Origin: an uncultured delta proteobacterium
GTDB taxonomy: Bacteria; Desulfobacterota; Binatia; Binatales; Binataceae
Length of the DNA: 64,000 nucleotides
Assembly: GCA_963842085.1 (NCBI GenBank)
Contig: CAWJET010000001.1
Location: 1,440,001 to 1,504,000, forward strand
Direction of reading: 5' to 3'
A program made the position numbers and the translations under genes. Shown here piece after piece: positions 54,540 through 64,000 of the stretch. The notes under the pieces are model-generated. The model searched no databases. It worked only from the letters and a program-made list of their open reading frames with translations, and was not told the DNA's origin. Each line of letters opens with the position of its first letter. Positions within the stretch are counted from its first letter, which is position 1.

Positions 54540-55561
54540 TCAGGCGGCAGCCGGGACGCGGTACTCTTCAGCGCGGGTGAGCAACGCCCACACCACTCGC
54601 GCGTTCTTATTGGCCAACGCTACCGCCGCGATGTTTGACCCGCGTCGTTCCTTGAGCTTTTCAACCCAACGGCTGCGTGGGTCGCGTTTGCGCGCGACGT
54701 GTCGCAAAGTCGAGCGCGCCCCATGGATTAGCAATGTGCGTAGATAGCGATCGCCGCGCTTGCTGATACCAAGCAGCACGGTGCGCTCGCCGCTCGAGTG
54801 CTGGCGCGGCACCAGTCCAAGCCACGCACTCAGCTCCCGCCCGCTGTGGAACTGCCGAGCATCGCCCACCGCTGCTATCATCGCCGTAGCTGTCAACGGG
54901 CCGATTCCCTCTACCGCCATTAGCCGAATCGCTCGTTCGTCCGCGCGTGCCAGCCCTGTGATACGCAGGTCATAGCGCCTGAGCCGCTCCTCGAACAGCC
55001 GCAGGCGCTCGCTCATCTCGGAAAGTATCTCACGCAAGAGATCGCTCACCCGGGCTTCGTGGTCCGCGACGATCGTCGCTAGCGCCCGGCGCAGCGCGAG
55101 TGCTCCCTGCGCAACTACGACCCCGTATTCGGCCAGCAGTCCGCGCATCTCATTCATCAGCGCCGTCCGCTCGCGGATCAGTAACGATCGCACCCGATGT
55201 AGTGCCATCATGTCCTGTTGCGCCTGGCTCTTGATCGCGACGAAGCGCATCGACGGCCGCCCCACCGCCTCGCAGATCGCTTCCGCGTCCCGCGCATCAT
55301 TCTTGTTCGACTTCACATAGGGGCGGACGAACCGCGGACTCATCAACCTGACTTCGTGCCCGAGCTTGGTCATCTCGCGCGCCCAGTAGTGCGCGCCGCC
55401 GCACGCTTCCATCCCCACCAAGCAGGGTTGAAGCCGAGCTTGAACGATAACAACTGCCGGCGCCGCAGCTCGCGCTGCACCACGGTCTTTCCCCGACTAT
55501 CGACCCCGTGCACTCGAAACACGTTCTTTGCCAAGTCGATACCCAACGTTCTAATGTTCAT
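54540..55561 (-). pseudogene. IS110-family DEDD recombinase with a 1-nt frameshift near 55440
   Basis: GIDLAK, MEAC, KNDARDA (DEDD) and QHSSG catalytic Ser are present; frame break at LLSF/ARLQPCLVGME. Confidence 0.9.
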
Positions 55562-55815
55562 CTTCAGACCCTCCCTCGCTCATCGTCGTGATGGCGTCTG
55601 CCATCCTGGCCCATTTAGAGGCCGCATAGAAAAGCGAGGGCTGGGTCCATCCCATCAGGCCAAAAGCCGCGAAGCGTGCGGCGCGATCAATCCTCACAGA
55701 CCAAGCGCGGTCTTCATTGAAGCAAAGAGCCTTCTTCGAGCCGGAGTATATACTTGACGCAAATCAGGGGTTGGGTACGGCGGAACCGCGTGGAATGAAA
55801 ACTGAGACTGTCAGA

Positions 55816-56127
55816 TCAGAGATTGTACCAAGCGGTGTGAAGCGCGTTCAGAGCGTTCAGGAGCGTTTGCGGTGGAGCCGACTCTGCGGCAAGGGCATCC
55901 AGCATCGGTTGAGTCAAATTCTGTTCAATATGTTTGAGACGCGCTGCGCTGATGTGGCCCGAACTGAACTCATCAATAAGGGCTTGGAGCAACGAGATCA
56001 GAGAACCATAGAGAGCGGGACGCTGGAAAAAGTGCTGTTCAACCAGCTGCAGCAACTCGCGAAGATTGGTTTCGTAGAGTCCGCTTTTGATCAGATTTTG
56101 CGCTTTTGCCTTTATCGCCGGGTCCAT
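55816..56127 (-). CDS. Hypothetical alpha-helical protein (103 aa)
   Basis: Amphipathic-helix composition; overlaps the 3' end of the pyrE-like gene by 89 nt; start uncertain. Confidence 0.55.
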   Translation of the reverse strand: MDPAIKAKAQNLIKSGLYETNLRELLQLVEQHFFQRPALYGSLISLLQALIDEFSSGHISAARLKHIEQNLTQPMLDALAAESAPPQTLLNALNALHTAWYNL

Positions 56128-56686
56128 CAAAATTTCTAAGATCGCTGAGCGTGAAAAGAGCGTGAAATCTAACGCCCATCGCTTCAATATTCTTACGACC
56201 GTTTGATTCTTCGCGATCCACCATCGCAATTACGTGATCAACCTTCAAACCAGCCTGCCGAACAGTCTCTATTGCTTGAATTGCAGAGCTGCCCGAAGTA
56301 ATCACGTCATCGACAATCAGCACGCGGTCGCCCGATTTCGTGTCTCCGGCAATCAACGATGTTATTCCATGCTTTTTGTGATCCTTCCGAACAACGAACA
56401 CTCGAATCTTTTTCCCAGTGTCTCTGTAAATCTTGTCCGAGACGGAAGTAGCGATCGGGTAGGCCCCAAGCTCCAATCCCCCGATGGCATCCATCGGCAC
56501 ATGACCGAGCTTCTCAACGATTAAGGTCGCAAGGCAATCGCGCGTTTCTGGATCGGACAGGCCCTTCTTGCAGTCAACGTAATATTTGCTATCGATCCCT
56601 GAAGCGAGGTGGTAGATCGGAGCATCGCTCTCCAAATACGACGTGCGCCTAAGGATTTCGAGCAACCTGCGACGTTCTGAAGCCAT
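56039..56686 (-). CDS. pyrE: Orotate phosphoribosyltransferase-like type I PRTase (island-borne)
   Basis: LASG..SKYYVD, GGLELGA, VRK..K.HG, LIVDDVITSGSS PRPP loop, VDRE; GGAGG RBS before ATG 56686. Confidence 0.85.
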   Translation of the reverse strand: MASERRRLLEILRRTSYLESDAPIYHLASGIDSKYYVDCKKGLSDPETRDCLATLIVEKLGHVPMDAIGGLELGAYPIATSVSDKIYRDTGKKIRVFVVRKDHKKHGITSLIAGDTKSGDRVLIVDDVITSGSSAIQAIETVRQAGLKVDHVIAMVDREESNGRKNIEAMGVRFHALFTLSDLRNFDGPGDKGKSAKSDQKRTLRNQSSRVAAAG

Positions 56687-56827
56687 TGACCCCTCCGCCT
56701 CCACAGCCTTCTTCGGCAGGTTTGTCATTGTGATTGGGCGGATATTATTAGAATCGGTAATCCAAAAGCAACCAAGCACAAGCTATCAATACACAGGAGC
56801 TTGCGCTCTGTGGATAATAGTACGGCG

Positions 56828-57040
56828 TTAGTCGGATTCGGGCCAGCCCTCAGCAGGACGCTTCTTCTTCAATGATTCCTCGATTGCGTCCTTCCAATTG
56901 CCTTCGAGTTTCAGAATCTCCGGCTAGGGTCCAGGCGTCTTTTTTTCCCGGGCTCGTTTTTGCTTTCACGGGATCGGCGTCGCTAACAGTTTCTCGAACA
57001 TCAGACGCTTGCGGTCGGCCTGGACCTGATCTGTGTCGCG
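56828..57040 (-). pseudogene. Decayed IS1595-like transposase C-terminus plus a coupled small ORF
   Basis: ...ADRKRLMFEKLL..* overlaps the GTG of MKAKTSPGKKTPGP*PEILKLEGNWKDAIEESLKKKRPAEGWPESD (one extra A, one TAG). Confidence 0.5.
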
Positions 57041-57561
57041 CAAATGGTCCGCCAATACCGCATTTGTAGACTGCCACGCTATGAGTCATCAGGTGCGAGC
57101 CGTCGAGTTTTTTCGAGGAAATGCACCTGGGGGGGAAACGGGACCGTGTTGCCCGCTGTGCGGTGGCGAGATTCAACGGGAATCCAGAATTGAGGCATCT
57201 GTAGAAATCCGGAACAGTCGATCAATCCTAACTAGGCTGTGCTGTAGGGACCCTCGGCAAGAATCGGTATCGCTCAGCTACCTCTGCCCAGGGCCTCGGT
57301 TGACATGGAGTGACGCGGAGCGATGCCAGCCAATACCGACGAAAAACGCCAATTCCGCTACTCTCATGCAAGAGGTCCCTGGTTCGGTGCGTTCGCCAAC
57401 ACAATTCCTCACGCATGGCATGAAAAGTCCTGTAGCGTTCAGCAGTCGAGCGCGTAACTGTTGAAAGCAGTGAACCCATGCTCCAGCCAAGTCCTTGCAG
57501 CTTCGTGCCGCCGCCTACATCACGCCTACATGAGTGTCGCTTTGGAACCATAGCGATGCGC

Positions 57562-57574
57562 TAAGTATTTGATT
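57562..57574 (-). promoter_or_regulatory. IHF-consensus site beside att
   Basis: TAAGTATTTGATT is the reverse complement of WATCAANNNNTTR. Confidence 0.55.
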
Positions 57575-57578
57575 TTAT

Positions 57579-57655
57579 TGGTGGAGCTGAGCGGGATCGA
57601 ACCGCCGACCTCCTGAATGCCATTCAGGCGCTCTCCCAAACTGAGCTACAGCCCC
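57579..57655 (-). tRNA. tRNA-Ala(GGC)
   Basis: GGGGCTG acceptor with G3:U70, D arm GCTC/GAGC, anticodon loop ATGGCAT, TTCGATC T loop, encoded CCA. Confidence 0.97.
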
Positions 57656-57712
57656 ACCGCGGGCGAGACTTTTCAGCTAATCGGATACCGTGCGTGGAGT
57701 CAACCGACCTGT

Positions 57713-58813
57713 TCAGGCGAAGCCGTAAAGCGCTGCGACATTTTCCGACGTCATCAGCCGGCGCTCGTCGTCGGGCACACCTTCGAAGTCGCGTGCGATG
57801 ACCGCGAGTGAATTCGGCCAGGTCGAATCCGAATGCGGAAAGTCCGATCCCCACATCAGGCTCTTGACGCCGATAAAATGCCGCGTCACCACGCCGACGC
57901 GATCGTCCTGAAACGTCGCCGCAACCTGCCGCCGAAAATAGTAACTGGGCGGATTCGCAATCGCCGTTTTCTCCAGGTAGCGATACTTCTCGTACGAATG
58001 GTCGAGGCGTTGGAGAAAATGCGGAATCCATCCGATATCGTTTTCGACCGATACCAGCCTGAGCTTGGGGAAGCGTTCGAGCACGCCGGCAAAAATAATT
58101 TCGGTGAGCGATCGCTCGACCGAATGATGCAGCGACGGGTAGCCTTTCATCACGCTTTGAAAATCGCTGCCGCCGCGCCGCTCGGTCAGGATGTGCAGGC
58201 TGATCGGCGTTCCGAGATCGTGCGCCGCCGCCCAAAATGGATCGTATGACGGGTCGCTGTAAGGACGCTCTGCCGGCGCGGCGCCCCAAATCATCGCGCC
58301 GCGCAGACCCTTGTTCGCCGCGCGCCGAAGTTCCTCGACTCCTTCGAGCGGATCGTCGAGCGAAATCATCGCGACTCCCGCCAGGCGCCGCGGGCAATGC
58401 GAACAATAGTCGGCCAGCCAGTCGTTGTACGCGCGGAAGCTGGCGGCGCGCAGCTCACCGTCTTCCATTTGAAACAGGCGCATCCCGAGACTCGGGTACA
58501 GCACCTCGCCCGAAACGCCGTCGCGCTCCTGGTCTTTTATTCGGAGATCGGGATCCCACGCGCTCGGACGAACGCCGGGGTAACCGCCCGCCATCTTTTC
58601 GGCAAAGTCCCTGGGATCGACGCCGGCGACCGCGAATCCCGCAACCGGGAACGGGCGGAGTCCTTCGGCAACAAAGAAATCGCCTTCGCGACTACCGGCG
58701 CGCTTGATAACGCGCGGCGCTCGGTCGAGAAAGCGCTTGTCAATTCGCGCGGTCCACACGTCGGCGGGCTCGATCACGTGGGAATCCGCGGACAGGATTT
58801 TCTGCGCGTCCAT
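57713..58813 (-). CDS. Amidohydrolase_2 family protein
   Basis: SADSHVIE, EVLYPS, SLH, VEND.GW, WGSDFPH. Confidence 0.9.
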   Translation of the reverse strand: MDAQKILSADSHVIEPADVWTARIDKRFLDRAPRVIKRAGSREGDFFVAEGLRPFPVAGFAVAGVDPRDFAEKMAGGYPGVRPSAWDPDLRIKDQERDGVSGEVLYPSLGMRLFQMEDGELRAASFRAYNDWLADYCSHCPRRLAGVAMISLDDPLEGVEELRRAANKGLRGAMIWGAAPAERPYSDPSYDPFWAAAHDLGTPISLHILTERRGGSDFQSVMKGYPSLHHSVERSLTEIIFAGVLERFPKLRLVSVENDIGWIPHFLQRLDHSYEKYRYLEKTAIANPPSYYFRRQVAATFQDDRVGVVTRHFIGVKSLMWGSDFPHSDSTWPNSLAVIARDFEGVPDDERRLMTSENVAALYGFA

Positions 58814-58891
58814 AGCTGGGTCCTCCTCTCCAATTAAGCGGGAGCCTGATCGCCGTTTAGCGCCGGGGACGAAGCGGCGTCAAGCGCGCGG

Positions 58892-60589
58892 TCATTCCCG
58901 GGCGCGATCGAGCAGCTCGCGGGCGGCGCGGCGGAATTTGTCGGACACTTCGCCGCCGAGCATGCGCGCGATCTCCTCGGTGCGATCGCCGGGTTCCAGA
59001 ACCGCTACGCGGCTGCGCGTCGTCCCGCGTCGCTCTTCCTTTTCGACCGTGAGATGGCGGTCCGCGAACGCAGCGATCTGCGCGAGGTGCGTAACACACA
59101 AAATCTGGTGAAAGCGCGAAAGCTGTTTCATCTTGCGGCCAACCACCTGGGCAACTGCGCCGCCGATTCCGGCGTCCACTTCGTCGAAAATCATGGTGGC
59201 GACGCCGCGGCGCTGCGCCTCGAGGCGCTTGAGCGCGAGCATCACGCGTGAAAGCTCGCCGCCCGAGGCAATTCGGAGCAGCGGCATCGCAGGCTGGCCA
59301 ACGTTCGGCGAGAGATGAAACTCGACCGTATCGATACCGAACGGACCGAGCGCCAGGCCGCCGTGCACGAATCCGGCTTCGTCCGGGTCGAGCGCGCCGA
59401 GCCGCGGCTCGAACCCCGGCGAGCGCATCCCGAGCGTCTTCAATTCGGCTTCCATCTTGCGACCGAGCTCGGCGGCGGCGCGGTGGCGAATCGAGGAAAG
59501 TTTATTTGCGTGCGCGGCGAGTTCGTCGAGCGCCGCCGCCATCGCGGCTTCGACCTGCGCCTTTGACTCGCCAATTCCTTCGAGCTCGCCAATCTCGGCC
59601 CGAGATCGCTCCAACGTCTCGAGGGCAGTGTCGATTGACCCGCCGTATTTGCGCTTGAGCCGCGTCAGTTCCTGCAGGCGGTTGTCGATTTCCTCGAGGC
59701 GTGCGGGATCGGCCTCGACTTTGGACGCATACGCGCCCAGCGTGCGCGCCGCTTCCTCGAGGTTCGCGCGGGCCGACTTGATCATCTCGAGTGCATCGCC
59801 AAGTTTCGGGTCGAGCGCGGCCGCGTCGACCAGTCGCGCCTCGGCCCGCGAAACTGTGTCGGTCGCAGCGCCATCGGCGCCGTAGAGCGCCTGCTCGGCC
59901 TCGAGCGCAGCGGCAGCGAGCTTGCCGGCGTTCGAGAGCACGGTTCGCTCGCGCGACAGCGCTTCATCTTCGCCGGCGACGAGGCCGGCGCGCTCGAGTT
60001 CGCTGGTGCGGAACCGTGCGAGTTCCAGCAAATCCGCGCGTTCACGCTCGCGGCGATTCAGTTCCTGAAGACGGGATCGGACTTCTTCCGCGCACACATA
60101 GCGTTCGCGATAGGACGCTAGTTCGTTGTCGAGGTTTGTATAACGATCGAGAATCTCGCGATGGCTCTCGGCGCGGAGCAACGAATGCTGCTCGTGCTGC
60201 CCGTAGACCTGGACCAGCGACGCGCCGATTTTACCGAGGCTCTGCACGGTGGCAAGTTCACCGTCGATTGTCACGCGCGAGCGCCCGCCGCCCTCTGCGA
60301 TCACTCTGCGCACGAGCAGCTCCCGGCGGCCGCCGTTGGTTTTGCGGGCCGCCAGCTCAGGCAAAGCAGCCTCGCCTTCGAGTTCGAACAGTCCCTCGAC
60401 GACCGCTTCCTTCTCGCCGGCGCGAATCATATCGGGCGACGCGCGCGAGCCGAGCAGCAATCCGAGCGCGCTCAGGATGATCGTCTTGCCGGCGCCTGTT
60501 TCGCCGGAGAGCACGTTGAGGCCGGCGCCGAACTCGAGATGGGCTTCCTCGATTATCGCGAAGTTGCGGATGTGCAGTTCGAGCAGCAT
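58892..60589 (-). CDS. recN: DNA repair protein RecN
   Basis: GETGAGKT Walker A, GQHE, coiled coil, ASGGELSR, IFDEVDAG, VTHL. Confidence 0.97.
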   Translation of the reverse strand: MLLELHIRNFAIIEEAHLEFGAGLNVLSGETGAGKTIILSALGLLLGSRASPDMIRAGEKEAVVEGLFELEGEAALPELAARKTNGGRRELLVRRVIAEGGGRSRVTIDGELATVQSLGKIGASLVQVYGQHEQHSLLRAESHREILDRYTNLDNELASYRERYVCAEEVRSRLQELNRRERERADLLELARFRTSELERAGLVAGEDEALSRERTVLSNAGKLAAAALEAEQALYGADGAATDTVSRAEARLVDAAALDPKLGDALEMIKSARANLEEAARTLGAYASKVEADPARLEEIDNRLQELTRLKRKYGGSIDTALETLERSRAEIGELEGIGESKAQVEAAMAAALDELAAHANKLSSIRHRAAAELGRKMEAELKTLGMRSPGFEPRLGALDPDEAGFVHGGLALGPFGIDTVEFHLSPNVGQPAMPLLRIASGGELSRVMLALKRLEAQRRGVATMIFDEVDAGIGGAVAQVVGRKMKQLSRFHQILCVTHLAQIAAFADRHLTVEKEERRGTTRSRVAVLEPGDRTEEIARMLGGEVSDKFRRAARELLDRARE

Positions 60590-60602
60590 CTGCGGCGCGC
60601 GC

Positions 60603-61469
60603 CTATCCCCAGTGGAGCTTGTCGCGCCAGATTTCGAAATACGGATGGGCGGAGCGGATCAGCGAAACGGCGTGGCGTCCGCGATGGATTTTGATCGTGT
60701 CGGCCGGCCCCAATTGCGCCGACTCCTGGCCGTCGACAGTGATAGTCGTGTCGTGATCGGGCGCCTTGACGCAAATCTCGATCTCGTACGTATCCGGCAG
60801 CACCACCGGACGGTTGCTCAGAGTGTGCGGACAGATGGGTGCGAGCACGATCGCGCCCAGAGTCGGGTAAACGATCGGCCCGCCAGCGGAGAGCGCGTAA
60901 GCGGTCGAGCCGGTGGGAGTCGCGATGATCAAGCCGTCGGCGCGATACGAGCAGAAGGCCTCGTGGTTGGCGATTACGTCGAGCTCGAGCATCCGCCCGA
61001 GCGGGCCTTTGCCGACCACCACGTCGTTGAATGCCTGAAACGATTGCGCGAGCTGCTCGGATGCGCGCTCGACGATTGCCTCGAGCATGATGCGCCGATC
61101 GACCTCGTAGTCGCCGGCGAGCACGCGTCCCAAAGCGGCCCGCGCCTCCTTGATCGTCACTTCGGTCAGGAAGCCGAGCCCGCCGAGATTTACGCCGAGG
61201 ATCGGAATCCCCTGCGCTGCGACCAGCCGCGCGACGCCGAGCAACGTGCCGTCGCCCCCGAGCACGACGATGAGGTCGGCGCGCTCGGCGAGGCGATGCC
61301 GCTCGATGGGCTCGGCGCCGATCTTTTTCGCCGTCTCCGGGTCGGCGAGCGGGGTCTTGTGCTGGGTGCGGAGAAAGCTGGTGAGGGTTCGCGCGATGGT
61401 GATCGCTTCGGGCCGCTCGCGCTTGGCGACCAGGCCGACCGTCTTTATGGACCGCTTCACCGCCGCCAT
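60603..61469 (-). CDS. nadK: NAD(+) kinase
   Basis: GGDGT, GVNLG.LGFL, FND, TPTGSTAY; next to recN. Confidence 0.95.
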   Translation of the reverse strand: MAAVKRSIKTVGLVAKRERPEAITIARTLTSFLRTQHKTPLADPETAKKIGAEPIERHRLAERADLIVVLGGDGTLLGVARLVAAQGIPILGVNLGGLGFLTEVTIKEARAALGRVLAGDYEVDRRIMLEAIVERASEQLAQSFQAFNDVVVGKGPLGRMLELDVIANHEAFCSYRADGLIIATPTGSTAYALSAGGPIVYPTLGAIVLAPICPHTLSNRPVVLPDTYEIEICVKAPDHDTTITVDGQESAQLGPADTIKIHRGRHAVSLIRSAHPYFEIWRDKLHWG

Positions 61470-61532
61470 CAGACACTCATCATGCGCTGAAATCTGCGGC
61501 AACGCGAAAGCATTCAGAGCGCATTCTCAGTC

Positions 61533-61958
61533 TCACTGCGGCACCTGAGGGATCTTGTACGCGGTGCGGGCCGCGGCGGGATTTTCCTTGCCGTACACGA
61601 TCGCCACCGAATTGATATAGTAGCCGGTGGCAGATTCGGTGGTCTGCGCCTTGCTCGTCAGTATGACGATCGCATCAGCGCCCGTTTCACAGGCCTTGCG
61701 CTGCACTGCCGGCAACACGTCGGCCTCGGTCGCATAGACGTTGCCCAATGCCTCCACGATAGCGACTTTGCGATAGTCGGTCAGCGGCTCGTGGCGCAGC
61801 ACCGGCATGTTGCAATCGGGCGGTTTGGCGGCGCGGCCGGACGGCTCCACTTCCGACAGTGTCACCTGCGGCGGCAGCGAAACGACGTGAGCGCATCCCG
61901 CGGCGGCAAGCGCCAGCCCTACGATGATCGCGGTTCGCACGAGTAATGAAGTATCCAC
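61533..61958 (-). CDS. Hypothetical lipoprotein
   Basis: Lipobox AAGC after a hydrophobic stretch; GADAIV motif; start uncertain. Confidence 0.65.
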   Translation of the reverse strand: MDTSLLVRTAIIVGLALAAAGCAHVVSLPPQVTLSEVEPSGRAAKPPDCNMPVLRHEPLTDYRKVAIVEALGNVYATEADVLPAVQRKACETGADAIVILTSKAQTTESATGYYINSVAIVYGKENPAAARTAYKIPQVPQ

Positions 61959-62081
61959 CGATGGGCGTCGCGGGCAAGAGCGGTTGCGCACGCCTCCGCC
62001 GCTCGCTTTGGGCCGTCTTTAGTATAAAATCGCCAAGCGTTCGCGTCCGCAGATTTCGGAGCGTAAAGGCGGCAGCTCACG

Positions 62082-62957
62082 ATGGCAAACACCCGCAATC
62101 CCACTCGTCCACTCCTTGGTGCGCATATGTCGATCGCCGGAGAAGTCGGCGAGGCGCTGATCCGGGGCAAGCAGGTCGGCTGCGAATGCATCCAGATTTT
62201 CACCAAGTCGTCGCGCCAGTGGGCGTCAAAGCCGTACAGCAAAGAAGAGATCGAGAAGTTCAAACACAATCAGGTCGAAACCGGCATCGCGACCGTGATC
62301 GCGCACGACTCCTACCTGGTGAATCTCGGTGCGCCCGACGACGCTTTGCGAACCAAATCGGTCAAGGGATTTATCGACGAGCTGAATCGATGCGAAGCGC
62401 TCGGCGTGCCCACGCTCGTCGCGCATCCCGGCGCTCACGTCGGCTCAGGCGTCGAGAATGGAATCAAGACGATTGCGAAATCGATCGACGAGGCGCACGC
62501 CGCATGCAAAGGGTTCAAGGTGAAGATCGCACTCGAAATCACCGCGGGCCAGGGCAGCACGCTCGGCCACACCTTTGAGCAGATGGCGCAGATCTTCGAC
62601 GCCGTCGTGGAAAACGAACGCCTGCGCCTGTGTTTCGACACCGAGCACGCGTTTGCCGCCGGCTATGATCTGCGCACGCCGGAAGAATACGAAAATACCT
62701 TCAGCGAACTCGACAAATTCATCGGCATCAAAAAGCTCGCCGCATTTCATCTGAACGATTCGATTAAGGACTTCCACTCGCGCGTCGATCGCCATCAGCA
62801 TATCGGCAAGGGATTCATTGGACTCGACGCGTTTCGCCGCATCCTCAACGATCCGCGATTTTTCGGGCTGCCGATGTGCCTGGAGACGCCGAAGGGCCCC
62901 GACATGAAAGAGGATGTCGAGAACCTGGCGACATTACGCAGTCTATTCAAGAACTGA
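62082..62957 (+). CDS. nfo: Endonuclease IV
   Basis: [41 protein letters not shown]. Confidence 0.95.
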   Translation: MANTRNPTRPLLGAHMSIAGEVGEALIRGKQVGCECIQIFTKSSRQWASKPYSKEEIEKFKHNQVETGIATVIAHDSYLVNLGAPDDALRTKSVKGFIDELNRCEALGVPTLVAHPGAHVGSGVENGIKTIAKSIDEAHAACKGFKVKIALEITAGQGSTLGHTFEQMAQIFDAVVENERLRLCFDTEHAFAAGYDLRTPEEYENTFSELDKFIGIKKLAAFHLNDSIKDFHSRVDRHQHIGKGFIGLDAFRRILNDPRFFGLPMCLETPKGPDMKEDVENLATLRSLFKN

Positions 62958-62968
62958 CTAGTTCACCG

Positions 62969-63967
62969 ATGACTAAACGAATACTCACCGGAGACCGTCC
63001 CACCGGGCCATTGCATCTCGGGCATTATGTAGGTTCGCTGCAGAATAGAGTACGCCTTCAGCAAGAATACGATACCTACTTGCTAATCGCAGATATCCAG
63101 GCCCTGACCGACAACTTCGAGCATCCCGAAAAACTCGAAGCCAATATCTTCGAGGTCGCACTCGACTACCTGGCGGTCGGCCTCGATCCGAACAAGGTGA
63201 AGTTCGTGGTGCAGTCGATGGTCCCCGAGCTGACCGAGCTGACCATCTATTTCATGAATCTTGTCACGACCGCGACGCTCGAACGCAATCCGACGCTCAA
63301 GGATGAAATAAAGCAGAAGAATTTCAGCAAGGGGCTGCCGGTCGGCTTCTACACCTATCCGATTTCACAGGCTTCGGACATCACGATCTTCAAGGCGCAT
63401 CTCGTCCCGGTCGGCGAAGACCAGCTGCCGATGATCGAACAGGCGCGCGAGATCGTGCGGCGCTTCAATCGCCTGTACGACAAGGTGCTAATCGAACCGA
63501 AGGCGCTGGTCGGCGAAATGGCGCGGCTGCCCGGAACCGACGGCGGCGCGAAAATGTCGAAGACGCTCGGCAATTGCATCTACCTTGGCGACCCGCCCGA
63601 GGTCGTGCGCAAGCGCGTGATGTCGATGTACACCGATCCGACGCGGCTGCATCCGACCGATCCCGGTCACCTCGAAGGCAATCCCGTTTTCACGTACCAC
63701 GACGTGTTCAATCCGGATAAAGGCGAAGTCGAAGAGCTGAAGGAGCGCTACCGCAAGGGCACGGTCGGCGACGTCGAGGTCAAGGAGAAGCTGTTCAAGG
63801 CGCTGAACGTTTTCCTGGAACCGATCCGCGAGCGCCGCGCGCATTTCGCGTCGAAGCCCGAGCGCGTCCGCGAGATAATCGTCGAGGGTACGCGAAAGGG
63901 GCGCGCCGTCGCGCAGGAGACGATGGCGGAAGTGCGCACCGCGATGAAGATCAGCTACAAGTTTTGA
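62969..63967 (+). CDS. trpS: Tryptophan--tRNA ligase
   Basis: TGDRPTG.LHLGH (HIGH), YP.SQ.SDI, VGEDQ, KMSKT; start at ATG 62969. Confidence 0.96.
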   Translation: MTKRILTGDRPTGPLHLGHYVGSLQNRVRLQQEYDTYLLIADIQALTDNFEHPEKLEANIFEVALDYLAVGLDPNKVKFVVQSMVPELTELTIYFMNLVTTATLERNPTLKDEIKQKNFSKGLPVGFYTYPISQASDITIFKAHLVPVGEDQLPMIEQAREIVRRFNRLYDKVLIEPKALVGEMARLPGTDGGAKMSKTLGNCIYLGDPPEVVRKRVMSMYTDPTRLHPTDPGHLEGNPVFTYHDVFNPDKGEVEELKERYRKGTVGDVEVKEKLFKALNVFLEPIRERRAHFASKPERVREIIVEGTRKGRAVAQETMAEVRTAMKISYKF

Positions 63968-64000
63968 TGTTCTCGGGACGGGTACTTAGTACGCCTTGGC

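Larger units (their letters stand above)
54285..55657 (-). mobile_element. IS1111-group (IS110 family) element
   Basis: 13-bp perfect subterminal IRs ATGGACCCAGCCC at 54288-54300 and 55638-55650; CA core at 54283-54284 and 55656-55657. Confidence 0.92.
54194..55662 (-). mobile_element. Remnant IS3-family (IS407-group) left end, interrupted twice
   Basis: Removing 54285-55657 restores TGGCCTGCACCCCGAAAACTACGCC...AAGGAG-N7-ATG encoding MKGSRFTEEQ (ATG at 54224). Confidence 0.8.
45592..57624. mobile_element. ~12-kb tRNA-Ala-integrated genomic island, no integrase retained
   Basis: Flanking 49-bp tRNA 3' repeats; dense in IS elements and pseudogenes; AT-richer segments. Confidence 0.85.

Noticed and set aside
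56850-57551. Island integrase next to the tRNA
   Set aside because: No R-H-x-x-R-Y or serine recombinase motifs in the ORFs here; only short, decayed frames.

Overview
GC-rich diderm bacterial chromosome segment. The many amidohydrolases, family III CoA-transferases, acyl-CoA dehydrogenases and a STAND-TPR gene suggest Ca. Binatota or a similar uncultured soil lineage, but this is unverified inference. 1-45.5 kb is mostly metabolic and envelope genes: a TonB receptor-exbB-exbD-tonB operon, an argE-like gene, ppk1 coupled to a methyltransferase/glycosyltransferase cluster, a single-chain acyl-CoA carboxylase, two transglutaminases, an L,D-transpeptidase, a sugar kinase/aldolase/ALDH set, a TetR-linked aromatic-acid catabolic cluster and an RcnR/CsoR-CDF metal-efflux module. 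45.6-57.6 kb is an integrase-less genomic island bounded by a 49-bp duplication of the 3' half of tRNA-Ala(GGC). It holds an intact cargo-carrying IS1595, a truncated STAND-TPR gene, an orphan DNA methyltransferase with an RHH regulator, a four-element nested IS stack and a decayed second IS1595-like element around a pyrE-like gene. After the tRNA come an amidohydrolase, recN, nadK, a lipoprotein, nfo and trpS. Two results stand out. (1) An IS1111-group element has all four bridge-RNA guides readable in its 3' non-coding end, and they match both its own circle junction and the terminal inverted repeat of the IS3/IS407 element it sits in. (2) The IS1595 cargo cassette combines a Pycsar-effector-like 3-TM protein, a convergent repeat peptide with a promoter in the right TIR, and a 43-aa basic ORF.
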